Positions 28,821 through 39,624 of a DNA stretch of 64,000 bases are shown here, in pieces. The position numbers and the translations under genes are program-made. The notes beneath the pieces were generated by a model. The model saw only the letters and a list, made by a program, of their open reading frames with translations, made no database searches and was not told the DNA's origin. Every line of letters begins with the position of its first letter. Position 1 is the first letter of the stretch. The stretch is from an uncultured Verrucomicrobiae bacterium (GTDB taxonomy: Bacteria > Verrucomicrobiota > Verrucomicrobiia > Chthoniobacterales > Chthoniobacteraceae), in contig CAWIKF010000002.1 of assembly GCA_963836755.1 (NCBI GenBank), positions 864,001 through 928,000 on the forward strand, given 5' to 3'.

Positions 28821-29699
28821 ATGTCTCAAGTCCCATTGCTGCATCGTGTCGAGGCGCTCGTCGAAGCGCTGCCTTACATCCAGAAATATCGCGGCCAGCT
28901 CGTCGTCATCAAATACGGCGGCAGCGCGATGGAGGATGAGCAAACGGTCGAGCGGCTGCTGCGTGACATCGTTTTTCTCGAGGCTGTCGGCATCAATCCC
29001 GTGCTCGTCCACGGCGGCGGAAAGGCGATCACCGACAAAATGCGCGAAGCGGGACTGAAGGCAAAGTTTGTGAATGGCCTGCGCGTGACTGATGAACAGA
29101 CGATACGCATCGTTGAACACGTGCTCGATGACGAGGTGAACCCGAAAATCGTCGAGAAACTCAACGAGTTCGGTGCGCACGCCGTCGGATTTTCCGGCCG
29201 GCGTATTTTTCGCGCGAGGAAATTGCCGCCGCAGTCCGACGCGCATCATGCTGCGGTCGATCTCGGCTTTACAGGCGAGGTGATCAGTTTGACAGTAGAT
29301 GAAGTGCGCGCGGCGGTGGCGCAGGAAAAAGTTCCCGTCATTTCGCCGATTTCGCAAGGCGAAGACGGCGCGACTTACAACGTGAATGCCGATCTCGCCG
29401 CCGGCGCGATTGCGGGCGCGCTGCAAGCTGCGAAGCTGGTTTACCTGAGCGACGTGCCCGGCATCATGCGCGACCCGGAGGAAAAAGATTCGCTGATTCC
29501 GTCGGTGAATCGCGAGATGATCGAGACGCTCATCGAGGACGAAGTGATCCAGGGTGGAATGGTGCCGAAGGTGAAATCGGCGCAGCTGGCGATTGAACAA
29601 GGCGTTAACAAAGTGCATTTGGTGGACGGGCGCGTGCCGCATTCGCTGCTGCTGGAAATTTTTACAAACGCCGGCATCGGCACGGAAATCATCGCCTGA
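28821..29699 (+). CDS. argB: Acetylglutamate kinase
   Basis: IKYGGSAM, VHGGG, GLRVTD, NVNAD, GGMVPKV, EIFTNAGIGT. Confidence 0.96.
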   Translation: MSQVPLLHRVEALVEALPYIQKYRGQLVVIKYGGSAMEDEQTVERLLRDIVFLEAVGINPVLVHGGGKAITDKMREAGLKAKFVNGLRVTDEQTIRIVEHVLDDEVNPKIVEKLNEFGAHAVGFSGRRIFRARKLPPQSDAHHAAVDLGFTGEVISLTVDEVRAAVAQEKVPVISPISQGEDGATYNVNADLAAGAIAGALQAAKLVYLSDVPGIMRDPEEKDSLIPSVNREMIETLIEDEVIQGGMVPKVKSAQLAIEQGVNKVHLVDGRVPHSLLLEIFTNAGIGTEIIA

Positions 29700-31012
29700 T
29701 GGACTTTGATTCCGCGGGAAAAACGCGCGCGCTGTTCGATCGCTTCGTCCTCCCGAATTATGGCCGATTTCCGCTCGAACTCGCGCGTGGCGCCGGTTGC
29801 CGCGTCTGGGATGAAGCAGGAAATGAGTATCTCGACTTTGGTGCGGGCATCGCCGTCTGCTCCATTGGTCACTGTCATCCGCGCGTGCTGGAGGCAATGT
29901 CGCAGCAGCTCGGCACGCTCGTTCACACCTCGAATTTATATTACACGCGGCCGCAGGGATTGCTCGCGAAGCGTCTGGTGGAGCTGGTTGGCGAGCCGGG
30001 AAAGATTTTTTTCTGCAACAGCGGTGCGGAGGCGAATGAAGCGCTTTACAAGCTCGCGCGGAAGTTTGGCAACGAAGGCGCTCCGCCCGCGCCGATTCAT
30101 ACCGTGGGCGAAGAAGTCGCGCCTGAGCAGAACCGCTTCGGCGTCATTTCATTCGACGGCTCATTTCATGGGCGCACGCTCGCGGGCATCGCGGCAACGG
30201 GTCAGGAAAAAGTAAAACGCGGGTTCGAGCCGATGGTCACCGGCTTTTCGCAAGTGCCATTCAATGACGCTCCTGCGCTGCTCGCCGCGATCCGGCCGGA
30301 CACCGCAGCCGTGCTGCTCGAGCCGATCCAGGGAGAAATCGGCGTCCGCCCGGCGACAGCACATTTTTTAACGACCGTTCGCTCGATTTGCGACGACCAC
30401 GGACTGCTTTTGCTCTTTGACGAAATCCAATGCGGGCTCGGCCGGACGGGCGATTGGTGCGGCTGGCGCAGCATCGCGCCCGACGTGGTGCCGGATGCTG
30501 TGAGCTGGGCGAAAGGCATCGCGGGCGGGTTTCCGCTCGGCGCGATCTGGGTGCGCGACAAAAAGATCGCTCTGAAAAATGGCGCGGAAATCTCGCTCGC
30601 AGATTTGCTCGGTCCGGGCTCGCACGGCACGACTTTCGGCGGCACGCCGCTCGTTTGCACCGGCGCGCTGGCGGTGCTCGACGTGATTGAAAAGGAAGGG
30701 CTGCTCGAAAATGCGCGCAACCTTGGCGCGCTTGCGCGAGAGCTGCTCGCGGAAATTGGCTCGCCGCTGATCCGTGAAATCCGCGGCGTCGGGCTCATGC
30801 TCGGCATCGAGTTGAGCGAAGGTTTTTCGGAAGAAACGAGCACGGGCGATCGCGCGCCGAGCTTGTGGCTGGTCGAGCGCTTGCACGCAGCGCGGCTGCT
30901 CACCGTCCCAAGCGGCACGCACGCGATTCGATGGCTGCCGCCACTGAATGTCTCGCGCCGCGAGATTGAGGAGGCCGTGGAGATTTTGCGCCGCGTGCTG
31001 TTTCAGGATTAG
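29699..31012 (+). CDS. argD: Acetylornithine aminotransferase
   Basis: NSGAEANE, SFHGRT, EPIQGE, DEIQCGLGRTG, AKGIAGG, HGTTFGG; arg operon context. Confidence 0.92.
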   Translation: MDFDSAGKTRALFDRFVLPNYGRFPLELARGAGCRVWDEAGNEYLDFGAGIAVCSIGHCHPRVLEAMSQQLGTLVHTSNLYYTRPQGLLAKRLVELVGEPGKIFFCNSGAEANEALYKLARKFGNEGAPPAPIHTVGEEVAPEQNRFGVISFDGSFHGRTLAGIAATGQEKVKRGFEPMVTGFSQVPFNDAPALLAAIRPDTAAVLLEPIQGEIGVRPATAHFLTTVRSICDDHGLLLLFDEIQCGLGRTGDWCGWRSIAPDVVPDAVSWAKGIAGGFPLGAIWVRDKKIALKNGAEISLADLLGPGSHGTTFGGTPLVCTGALAVLDVIEKEGLLENARNLGALARELLAEIGSPLIREIRGVGLMLGIELSEGFSEETSTGDRAPSLWLVERLHAARLLTVPSGTHAIRWLPPLNVSRREIEEAVEILRRVLFQD

Positions 31013-31056
31013 CGTTCGCTCGGCGTCAAAGTTTCTCCAAACGCGCGCGAGATTTG

Positions 31057-31479
31057 ATGATTGATCCGGTTTCAAAATATCAGGCGATCCGCGACGAGAT
31101 TCGCGCGGAACACAATCTCATCGCCAATCGGCTGACGTGGTTTGTCACGTCGCAATCCTTTCTCGTTTCGGCTTTCGCAATCTCGCGCGGCAACAACTTC
31201 ACCTGGTTTCACTGGTTCTCGACGACGCTGTTGCCACTGCTCGGGTTCGTTTCTGCGGCGCTCGTTCTTCCATCGATTCTCGGCGCCATCGCGACCATCA
31301 AATTGTGGCACGAAAAGCTGCATCGATTTTTTGAAATGCATCCCGACTTGAAAGCCGCGCTCGCGCTGAAGCGCCCGCCATGGATTGAAAATCGCGGGCT
31401 ACTTTTTCCGAAGATGATGCCGCTGCTCTTCGCCACGTTCTGGCTGGTCATCGGAATCGCGAGCCGTTTTTTGCCATGA
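31057..31479 (+). CDS. Hypothetical multi-TM membrane protein inserted in the arg operon
   Basis: EIRAEHNLIANRLTWFVTSQSFLVSAF followed by 2-3 hydrophobic helices. Confidence 0.7.
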   Translation: MIDPVSKYQAIRDEIRAEHNLIANRLTWFVTSQSFLVSAFAISRGNNFTWFHWFSTTLLPLLGFVSAALVLPSILGAIATIKLWHEKLHRFFEMHPDLKAALALKRPPWIENRGLLFPKMMPLLFATFWLVIGIASRFLP

Positions 31480-31585
31480 CTGCCCTGCATTCCTTTGCCA
31501 GCGTGGCTTCGCGAGCGCATCGCGTTTGGCGCAAACTTCGCTTGTCAATCGCCGCCGCACGCGCAAACTTCGCGGCTTTTAGAAA

Positions 31586-32485
31586 ATGAAACATCTGCTT
31601 TCCATCGAGGCGCTCGACGCGCGCGAGATTGCGCGGATCGTCGAGCTCGGCGGCGAGATGAAGGCGACGCGCGGCCGGCACGCGGCGCATCCGCTACGGC
31701 ATCAATGTTGGGCGCTGATGTTTTCAAAAAGCTCCACGCGGACGCGCGTGAGTTTTGAGGTCGGCATTCGCGAGCTCGGCGGCGACGTGATGTTTTTGTC
31801 CGCAGCCGACATTCAGCTCGGGCGCGGCGAGCCGATCAAGGACACGGCGCGCGTGATGGGTCGGATGTTGCACGGCGCGGTCATCCGAACTTTTGCGCAA
31901 AGCGACGTCGAGCAGTTCGCGAAATTTTCCGGCATTCCGACGATCAATGCGCTCACCGATGATGAGCATCCGTGCCAGATCCTCGCGGATCTTTTGACGA
32001 TCAAGGAAAAACTGGGCGTCTACGAAGGTAAAACAGTTTGTTTCGTCGGCGATGGCGCGTGCAACGTCGCGCAATCGTGGATGTGGGCGGCGGCGATATG
32101 CGACTTCAAGCTGCACATTGCCGCGCCGCCGAATTTCCAGCCGCCAGCCGCGCTGCTCGACGCGCTCGACAGCGACAACGTTCACATTTTCGAAAACCTC
32201 GAGGCGGCGGCGCGCGGCGCGGATGTTCTTTACACCGATGTCTGGGTGAGCATGGGCCGGGAGGATGAAACAGCGTTCCGCCTCGCGCAGCTCGGCAGCT
32301 ACCAGATCAATGCGGAGCTGCTGCGGCACGCCCCGAACGCGCTGGTGATGCATTGCCTGCCGGCGTATCGCGGGAAAGAAATCACGGACGACGTTTTCGA
32401 GCGGCACGCGCAGACGATTTTCGACCAGGCGGAAAATCGGCTGCACGCGCAGAAGGCCGTGCTGAGCCTGCTGGCGGGCGATTGA
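31586..32485 (+). CDS. argF: Ornithine carbamoyltransferase
   Basis: STRTRVSFE, HPCQILAD, DVWVSMG, MHCLP, QAENRLH. Confidence 0.96.
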   Translation: MKHLLSIEALDAREIARIVELGGEMKATRGRHAAHPLRHQCWALMFSKSSTRTRVSFEVGIRELGGDVMFLSAADIQLGRGEPIKDTARVMGRMLHGAVIRTFAQSDVEQFAKFSGIPTINALTDDEHPCQILADLLTIKEKLGVYEGKTVCFVGDGACNVAQSWMWAAAICDFKLHIAAPPNFQPPAALLDALDSDNVHIFENLEAAARGADVLYTDVWVSMGREDETAFRLAQLGSYQINAELLRHAPNALVMHCLPAYRGKEITDDVFERHAQTIFDQAENRLHAQKAVLSLLAGD

Positions 32486-32557
32486 CGCGGCAATTTAAAG
32501 CATTGCCAGTCGCGCGGAAGCCATTAGACTCACCGCTCTTTTTCCCCTTAAAAAAAT

Positions 32558-34657
32558 ATGGTTTTTGCCGCCGATCTCCTCCTCGACCACGGGATTACGC
32601 TCGCGCTTTTCTGCGCCGTGGCCGGGCTCGTATTCGCAATTTATTTGATCAAAAAAATCGTCAGCTCATCGCCCGGAAACGCGCGGATGCAGCAGATCGC
32701 GAGCGCGATCGAGGAAGGCGCGAAGGCTTATCTCAACCGGCAGGTGCTGACCATTTCCGTGATCGCGGCGGTCATCGTGGTGTTGCTGCTGATTTTTAAA
32801 GACGTCTCGACGGCGATCGGTTTTGTCATCGGCGCGGCGTGCTCGTTGTCGGCCGGTTTTATCGGAATGCGCATCGCGGTGCTCGCGAATACGCGCACGA
32901 CGCAGGCGGCGACCGTTTCGCGGCATAGCGCGATGCGTGTGGCGTTCAACGGCGGCGCTGTCACGGGACTGCTGGTGGTCGGGCTCGCGCTGCTCGCTGT
33001 CGGAATTTTTTACGTGATCGCAGCAAAAATGATCGGTGCGGATGCCGCGATTAAAAGTCTCGTCGGCCTCGCGCTCGGCTCGAGTTTGATCAGCGTCTTT
33101 GCGCGATTGGGCGGCGGCATTTACACAAAAGCCGCGGATGTCGGCGCTGATCTTGTCGGCAAAATCGAAAGCAATCTCGACGAAGATGATCCGCGCAATC
33201 CGGCGACGATTGCGGACAACGTCGGCGACAATGTCGGCGATTGCGCGGGCATGGCCGCGGACGTTTTTGAAACTTATGCAGTCAGCTTGATCGGCGCGAT
33301 TTTGCTCGGCTCGCTCACGCTCGGCGGCAACCACGCAGCGGTCGTTTATCCATTTGTGCTCGGCGGTATTTCCGTGCTCGGCGCGATCGTCGGCATCCTG
33401 TTTGTCAATTTCAGCAAAGGCCATCCGGGCGCGGTGCTGATGGGCGCGGTGCTCGCGAGCGGCATCGTCTCGGCCATTTTATATTGGCCGGCCACGCATG
33501 AACTTTTTCCCGTCGCGATGAAAATCGGCGGCGTCATGCACGGACCGACTGACCTTTATTTCGCATCGCTCGTCGGCCTCGTCATGACCGGCGTCGTCGT
33601 GATCATCACGAATTACTACACGTCCACTGCCTATTCGCCGGTGCGAAAAATTGCGAAGGCTTCCGAGACCGGCCACGCGACCAATATCATCGCCGGCCTC
33701 GCGATCGGCCAGCACGCGACTGCGTTGCCGGTCGGTTTCATCGGCATCGCGATTCTGCTTTCATTCCATTTTGCCGGTCTTTACGGAATCGCAATCGCGG
33801 TTACGAGCATGCTTTCAATGGCGGGCGTCATCATCTCGCTCGACGCGTTCGGTCCGATCACCGACAACGCCGGCGGCATCGCCGTCATGAGCGGTTTGCC
33901 GAAGGAAGTGCGGCACGTCACCGACGAACTCGACGCCGTCGGCAACACGATGAAGGCCGTGACGAAAGGCTACGCGATCGCATCGGCTGGTCTCGCGGCG
34001 CTGGTTTTATTCGGCTCGTATGTTGAGGAATTGAAAGCGCACATGGCCGGTCATCCCGGCGTCGATCTGCATTTTCTCGAATTTTCGCTCACCGAGCCAA
34101 AGGTGATTATCGGACTCTTCATCGGCGGTCTGTTACCGTTTGTTTTCACCGCATTCAGCATGGACGCGGTCGGCAAAGCGGCGGGCGCAGTCGTCCGCGA
34201 AGTGCGCCGGCAGCTCGCGGCGAAGCCCGGAATCTTACGCGGTGAGGAAACGCCGGATTACGGCACGTGCGTGGACATTGTCACAAAAGCTGCGCTGCGC
34301 GAAATGATCGTGCCGGCGCTTTTGCCAGTAGTTTTCGTCCTCGCCGTCGCCGCGATTCCCGCTCTCGGCCCAGTCGTTTTGGGCGGTGTGCTTGTCGGAA
34401 CAATCGTTACCGGTTTGTTTGTGGCGATCGCGATGACTTCGAGCGGCGGCGCATGGGACAATGCGAAAAAGTTCATCGAGGAAGGGAATCACGGCGGCAA
34501 AGGTTCGCCCGCGCACGCAGCCTCGGTTACTGGCGATACCGTCGGTGATCCTTACAAAGACACTGCCGGGCCGGCGATCAATCCGATGATCAAAGTCGTC
34601 AACATTCTCGCGATTTTAATCATCCCGATTTTCCTGAAACTCTGGTTCGGAAAGTAG
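32558..34657 (+). CDS. hppA: Membrane-bound ion-translocating pyrophosphatase (K+-independent signature)
   Basis: [56 protein letters not shown]. Confidence 0.96.
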   Translation: MVFAADLLLDHGITLALFCAVAGLVFAIYLIKKIVSSSPGNARMQQIASAIEEGAKAYLNRQVLTISVIAAVIVVLLLIFKDVSTAIGFVIGAACSLSAGFIGMRIAVLANTRTTQAATVSRHSAMRVAFNGGAVTGLLVVGLALLAVGIFYVIAAKMIGADAAIKSLVGLALGSSLISVFARLGGGIYTKAADVGADLVGKIESNLDEDDPRNPATIADNVGDNVGDCAGMAADVFETYAVSLIGAILLGSLTLGGNHAAVVYPFVLGGISVLGAIVGILFVNFSKGHPGAVLMGAVLASGIVSAILYWPATHELFPVAMKIGGVMHGPTDLYFASLVGLVMTGVVVIITNYYTSTAYSPVRKIAKASETGHATNIIAGLAIGQHATALPVGFIGIAILLSFHFAGLYGIAIAVTSMLSMAGVIISLDAFGPITDNAGGIAVMSGLPKEVRHVTDELDAVGNTMKAVTKGYAIASAGLAALVLFGSYVEELKAHMAGHPGVDLHFLEFSLTEPKVIIGLFIGGLLPFVFTAFSMDAVGKAAGAVVREVRRQLAAKPGILRGEETPDYGTCVDIVTKAALREMIVPALLPVVFVLAVAAIPALGPVVLGGVLVGTIVTGLFVAIAMTSSGGAWDNAKKFIEEGNHGGKGSPAHAASVTGDTVGDPYKDTAGPAINPMIKVVNILAILIIPIFLKLWFGK

Positions 34658-34666
34658 CCGCGCGGC

Positions 34667-36787
34667 TCAGTGGTGGAACACGTTTTTGAGCGTGTTGCCG
34701 ATTTTATCCCACGCAGTCGGCGGCGGAGCGACGTGGCGCGCATGGTGCACGCCAGAACTTGAGCGCATGGCGAACTGCACTTTTTGCGCCTCACCTTTCG
34801 CGAGTGAAATTGTTTTTTTGCGGTCTGGGTAATCCTCGAGCCGGGCGAGCACTTCGTGCTTGCCGAGAGGGGCCTCGAAGGTCAAAGGCGTGACGCCGAT
34901 GCTGTTGCCATCGAGCAAAATCTCGGCGCCGGCCGGGGTGCTGGAAAAGTAGAGCGTGCCGGTGGTTTGATGGAGCGGGACAGTTTCCGGCGAAGTCGTT
35001 TGATCGGTTTCCACCACTGCCGAAACGGAAGCTGTGTCGTATCCGTCCAATGCCAGTTGGACGCCGTCATATTTTCCAGCGGGCAACGGAATGTTTAACG
35101 GAGTTTTCCCCAGCTCGCGATTTCCCACGGAGACAGTTGCGCCCACCGGATCGCTGTTTAGAACGAGCGTTCCCTGGCCGAACTTCCACTCGATGACGTC
35201 CGTTGCTCCACGTTTGATTTCAATCGTGCGCGTAAAATCCGGCCAGCCAGCGCGAGCAATTTTTACCGCGTAAGTTCCAGTCGGCAGATCGCGGATCGTC
35301 TGCGGCGATTGGCCAGTCACCGGCTTTGTGTCCGGGCGCGAGATCTCGAAATCGCAACCTTCGGGCGTCGTCATGATTTGCAGTCCGCCGACGCTGCGCG
35401 TGAGCGCGACCGTGCCGAGATCGTTGAACCGATTTGCGGAAATCTCCGCTTGTAGATCCACCGGTTCGTAACCTTCGAGAACAATGTGGACCGGATAATC
35501 TCCGGTTTGGATCCCCTTGAAAGTCGCAGGCGTTGTCTCGACGGCATCTCCGCCGAGCGAGACGGTCGCGCCGGGCGGCGAAGTTTTGACCATCAATCCT
35601 CCGTGCAGAATCGGCGCGACGGCGGCGGGGGCGGTGACGACCACCGCTTGCGGAACGTTGACGGCTTGTTGATGCTCAGGTTTGTGGTGAAAAAGGATTG
35701 CGGCCGATATTAAAAATACAGCGCCGACTGCCAGGTAGACCCAATTTAAAAACTGAACACCTCGTTCTGGCGCGGGCGTTTGCGGAATGAGCGCCGCGCT
35801 GCGACTCGTCAACATTTCCAAAGGCGCGGTGGGCGCGCCGATGCCAAGAAGCTGCAACAATGCTCCCGCGCTTTGCGGACGCTGCGCAGGGTTTTTCGCG
35901 AGACAGGCTGCGATCGCATTCTCCCAGACTTCCGGAACGGGCTCGCCGGTGACGTCGAGCAGCGCGCGGCGTTTCGCGATCGGGTCGGGCACGACTTCGC
36001 GGACTTGGAGCGTGAGATTTCCCGAGTGGAACGGCGGCTTGCTCGTGAACAATTCGTAAAGCGTCGCGCCGAGCGCATAAATATCGTCGAGCGCGGAGGG
36101 CTGCTCGCCCTGCATTTGCTGCGGGCTCATGTAAGCGAGGGTGCCGCCGGAGCCGCCCCACATGCTCACGCGATTCACGGAGTTCATGAGGCTGCACGCG
36201 ATGCCGAAGTCGGCGATTTTTAAAATGCCGCGCGAGGTGACCATGATGTTCGCGGCCTTCAAATCGCGATGCACGAGCCGCGCGCTTTCGTGCGCGTAGC
36301 CGAGCGCAGCGCAGAGCGCGGGCATCCACGCGGTGAGCTCGGCGGGCTCGAAAATCTTATTCGTTTTCTCGATCCGCAAATGCGAAAGCGTCGCGCCGTC
36401 GATGTATTCCATCGAAATCGCCGCAGCCTGCTCATCCTCCACGAAATCATAAATGCGGATGATGTTTGGATGCGTGAGGTCGAGGCTTTTGCGTGTCTCG
36501 CGCTTGAGGTCGTCACGCGCGGCTGAGTCGAGAAAAAGCATCTCGGGCAAAAGTTTTAGCGCCACATCGCGCTCGAGCCGCTCATCGAGCGCGAGCCAGA
36601 CGATGCCCATGCCGCCGCGGCCGAGCATTTTTTTCAAGCGGTAGCGCTTGAAGACCGACATGCCGGGCGAAAGCGAGCGCACGGTCTGGCCGAGATCGAT
36701 CGGCTCGCGCGATTCGTCCCCAATCTCTGCACATATGAAAGCCGCTGATGAATGCATCGTTGTGGTAGAGAGAATGTTTCGTGCCAC
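34667..36787 (-). CDS. Transmembrane Ser/Thr protein kinase with C-terminal PEGA domains
   Basis: GRGGMGIV, VALK, HRDLK, DFG, one TM helix, four repeats of S/T-x-P-x-G-A/C PEGA-like modules. Start uncertain. Confidence 0.9.
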   Translation of the reverse strand: MARNILSTTTMHSSAAFICAEIGDESREPIDLGQTVRSLSPGMSVFKRYRLKKMLGRGGMGIVWLALDERLERDVALKLLPEMLFLDSAARDDLKRETRKSLDLTHPNIIRIYDFVEDEQAAAISMEYIDGATLSHLRIEKTNKIFEPAELTAWMPALCAALGYAHESARLVHRDLKAANIMVTSRGILKIADFGIACSLMNSVNRVSMWGGSGGTLAYMSPQQMQGEQPSALDDIYALGATLYELFTSKPPFHSGNLTLQVREVVPDPIAKRRALLDVTGEPVPEVWENAIAACLAKNPAQRPQSAGALLQLLGIGAPTAPLEMLTSRSAALIPQTPAPERGVQFLNWVYLAVGAVFLISAAILFHHKPEHQQAVNVPQAVVVTAPAAVAPILHGGLMVKTSPPGATVSLGGDAVETTPATFKGIQTGDYPVHIVLEGYEPVDLQAEISANRFNDLGTVALTRSVGGLQIMTTPEGCDFEISRPDTKPVTGQSPQTIRDLPTGTYAVKIARAGWPDFTRTIEIKRGATDVIEWKFGQGTLVLNSDPVGATVSVGNRELGKTPLNIPLPAGKYDGVQLALDGYDTASVSAVVETDQTTSPETVPLHQTTGTLYFSSTPAGAEILLDGNSIGVTPLTFEAPLGKHEVLARLEDYPDRKKTISLAKGEAQKVQFAMRSSSGVHHARHVAPPPTAWDKIGNTLKNVFHH

Positions 36788-36844
36788 TCGCGCTGCGTTT
36801 TTCTTTTGACAGCCACGGCGGTTTTCATCACCGAATTAGTCGGG

Positions 36845-37699
36845 ATGGAAGTTGCTCCGGCTGCATGGCTCGAAACAAAACTCGGTGTGCGCTTTCCGAT
36901 TTCCGGCACCTGCTCGATCGGCCGCGCGCAGTCGAACGCGTTTGTGATCCCGTCCAAGCGCGTCTCGCGCCGCCACGCGCTGCTGCATCAGCACGGCGAC
37001 GGCGAATATCTTTTGGTCGATCTCGGCAGCAGCAACGGCACGATCCTGAACGGCCGCCGCATCGATCACATGACGGTGCTGCACGATGGCGACATGATTG
37101 AGATCGGCTCCGCGCGGCTGCTTTTTCGCAGCAGCAGCGCCGGCGAATCGGTGCTGGAAATTCCGACCGAAGATTCGTCGACATCCGCGGTGCCGTGCTG
37201 GTTGCTCGTTGCCGGAACCGAAAACGCGCAAGCTGCGAAACACGAGGAACCGGCGGATGAAAGTTTTAAAACCGTCGCCTCATGGTCGCTGCAATGCGAG
37301 CAGGTCATCCGCCGCTGCGGCGGAGAAGTCGCGCGGCAATCGACGGAGGAAATTTTTGCCTATTGGCGCAATGACAATGGCAACGGCGGCACCACGCGCA
37401 AAATCGTCGACGCGCTGAAACAGTTGCGCGCGCTGCAGGAAAAAGAGCGGCATCGCTTCCGCGTCTCGCTTCATTTCGCAAAAGTCGTCATCGAGCCCGC
37501 GCGCGGAAATGGCTGCGAATCGCTCGAGGGAAGCGGCGTGACTTTCGCCTTTCATTTGCACCGGCTCATCTGGCGTTTCGACGCGCCGTGCCTCATGAGC
37601 AAAGCCGCCGCGGACGCGCTTGGGGCGCTGCATCCCGCGCGGCCGCTCGATCTCGGCGAAAACATCAGCGAGACAAACCACCCACTTTTCACCTGCTGA
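36845..37699 (+). CDS. FHA domain fused to a degenerate class III nucleotidyl-cyclase-like domain
   Basis: SIGR...VSRRHA...DLGSSNGT (FHA); CWLLVAGTEN...GGEVARQSTEEIFAYW...FRVSLHF cyclase-like fold. Confidence 0.8.
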   Translation: MEVAPAAWLETKLGVRFPISGTCSIGRAQSNAFVIPSKRVSRRHALLHQHGDGEYLLVDLGSSNGTILNGRRIDHMTVLHDGDMIEIGSARLLFRSSSAGESVLEIPTEDSSTSAVPCWLLVAGTENAQAAKHEEPADESFKTVASWSLQCEQVIRRCGGEVARQSTEEIFAYWRNDNGNGGTTRKIVDALKQLRALQEKERHRFRVSLHFAKVVIEPARGNGCESLEGSGVTFAFHLHRLIWRFDAPCLMSKAAADALGALHPARPLDLGENISETNHPLFTC

Positions 37700-37756
37700 A
37701 AAAGGTTGCGCGCACTGTTGCGGCTGCACGCGGCACGGCGTAAAACATTTTCGCAA

Positions 37757-39592
37757 ATGGAAAATTTCCTGCTTCAGGACGAGCCGTCAACGCCGCGCCA
37801 GATCCCGGCTCGTGATCAAATCCCGATCTCGGACACGTGGGATTTGACGCAACTTTACGCGACGTCCGATGCGTGGGCGAAGGAGCTGGCGAAATTGCAG
37901 CGCGAATATGGAAAGCTCGCGGAGTTCAAAGGCCGCGTCGGCGCGTCGGCGCAGGCGTTGCGAGATTGCCTCGAGTTCGACAAGGCGCTGAGCCTCACGA
38001 TCGAGCGGCTGCACCATTACTCGAGCTTGAAAACTTCCGAGGACAGCTCGGATGCGGAGAATTTAAAACGCGAAGGCGAGCTCCAAAATCTGCTGACGAA
38101 AGTCGCGGAGACGAGTGCGTTTTTGATTCCGGAAATCCAGGCGATCGATGACGAAAACTTTGAAAATTTTGTAAACGATCCGCTGCTCGGCGACTGGAAA
38201 ATTTTCCTGCAAAAAATCCGCCGCATGCGCCCGCACACGCTCAGCGAGCGCGAGGAGCGGCTTCTGGCGCTCGGCGCGAGCGCGCTCGGCGGCCACCACG
38301 AAACTTTTTCGCAACTCACCAATGTCGACATGAAATTCGGCTCGCTGCGCGATGAGCGCGGCGAAGAGCGGCCGCTGTCGCAAAGTTCGTTTTCTTCATT
38401 TTTGGTCAATCGCGATCCCGAGGTGCGCCGGCGCGCGTTCCATCAATTTTACGCCGAGTTCAAGGATCACGAATTCACGCTCGCGTCCGGCCTCGCGCAT
38501 TCCGTGCGCACGGATGTTTTTTACGCGCGAGCGAGAAATTATCCGTCGGCGCGCGACGCCGCGCTGTTTCGCGACGACATGCCGGCCGCGGTTTACGACA
38601 ACTTGATCGCGAGCGTCCGCGCGAATCTTGCGCCGCTGCATCATTATTATGAGCTGCGCCGTCGCGTGCTGCAGCTCGACGAGATTCATCATTACGACAC
38701 CTACGTGCCGATGGTCGGCGACATTGAAACGCGCGTCAGTTTTGACGAGGCGACCGAGCAGGTGCTGGCCGCGCTCGCACCGCTCGGCGACGAATATGCC
38801 GGCGCGCTTGCGGACGGGCTGCGAACGCGGCGCTGGTGCGATCGCTACGAAAGCAAAGGCAAACGCAGCGGCGCATTTTCATCGTCGAGCTACGGGAATC
38901 CTCCGTTCATTCTGATGAATTACAAAAGCGATGTGTTCTCGGATGTTTACACACTTGCGCACGAGGCTGGACATTCGATGCACACGTGGTTCTCGCAGAA
39001 ATCGCAGCACTTTCAAAACTACGATTACCCGATTTTCCTCGCGGAAGTCGCGAGCACTTTCAACGAGGAATTGCTCACGCATCATCTCCTCGAAAAAACC
39101 GATGATCCGAAAATGCGCGCCTATTTGCTCAACCGCCAGATCGACGACATTCGGGGCACGGTTTATCGGCAGACGATGTTTGCGGAGTTTGAAAAAATCA
39201 CGCACGAGCTCGAGGAAGCGGGCGAGGCACTGACGCTCGATGTCTTCCGCCAAAAGTATCGCGAGCTGCTCGATGTTTATTTCGGGAAAAATTTCGCGCT
39301 CGATGCAGAGCTCGATTTGGAATGCCTGCGCATCCCGCATTTTTACAGCGCGTTTTATGTTTATAAATATGCGACTGGCATGTCGGCCGCGGTCAGTCTC
39401 GCGCAAAAAGTTTTGCACGGCTCGGCCGAAGACACGGAGGCATATCTCGGTTTTCTAAAATCGGGCGGTTCGAAATTTCCGCTGCCGACGCTACTCGCAG
39501 CGGGCGTCGACATGTCGAACGCCGCGCCGATCGAGCGCACGCTGAAACTTTTCGCCGATCGCGTTTCGGAATTGGAAACGCTGCTCGCCTGA
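37757..39592 (+). CDS. pepF: Oligoendopeptidase F (M3B)
   Basis: TWDLTQLY, GKRSGAFS, TLAHEAGHSMH (HExxH), AEVASTFNE, IPHFY, YKYATG. Confidence 0.95.
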   Translation: MENFLLQDEPSTPRQIPARDQIPISDTWDLTQLYATSDAWAKELAKLQREYGKLAEFKGRVGASAQALRDCLEFDKALSLTIERLHHYSSLKTSEDSSDAENLKREGELQNLLTKVAETSAFLIPEIQAIDDENFENFVNDPLLGDWKIFLQKIRRMRPHTLSEREERLLALGASALGGHHETFSQLTNVDMKFGSLRDERGEERPLSQSSFSSFLVNRDPEVRRRAFHQFYAEFKDHEFTLASGLAHSVRTDVFYARARNYPSARDAALFRDDMPAAVYDNLIASVRANLAPLHHYYELRRRVLQLDEIHHYDTYVPMVGDIETRVSFDEATEQVLAALAPLGDEYAGALADGLRTRRWCDRYESKGKRSGAFSSSSYGNPPFILMNYKSDVFSDVYTLAHEAGHSMHTWFSQKSQHFQNYDYPIFLAEVASTFNEELLTHHLLEKTDDPKMRAYLLNRQIDDIRGTVYRQTMFAEFEKITHELEEAGEALTLDVFRQKYRELLDVYFGKNFALDAELDLECLRIPHFYSAFYVYKYATGMSAAVSLAQKVLHGSAEDTEAYLGFLKSGGSKFPLPTLLAAGVDMSNAAPIERTLKLFADRVSELETLLA

Positions 39593-39624
39593 AACGAGCA
39601 AGCTTGTTTTCAAAAAAAGGCGGA

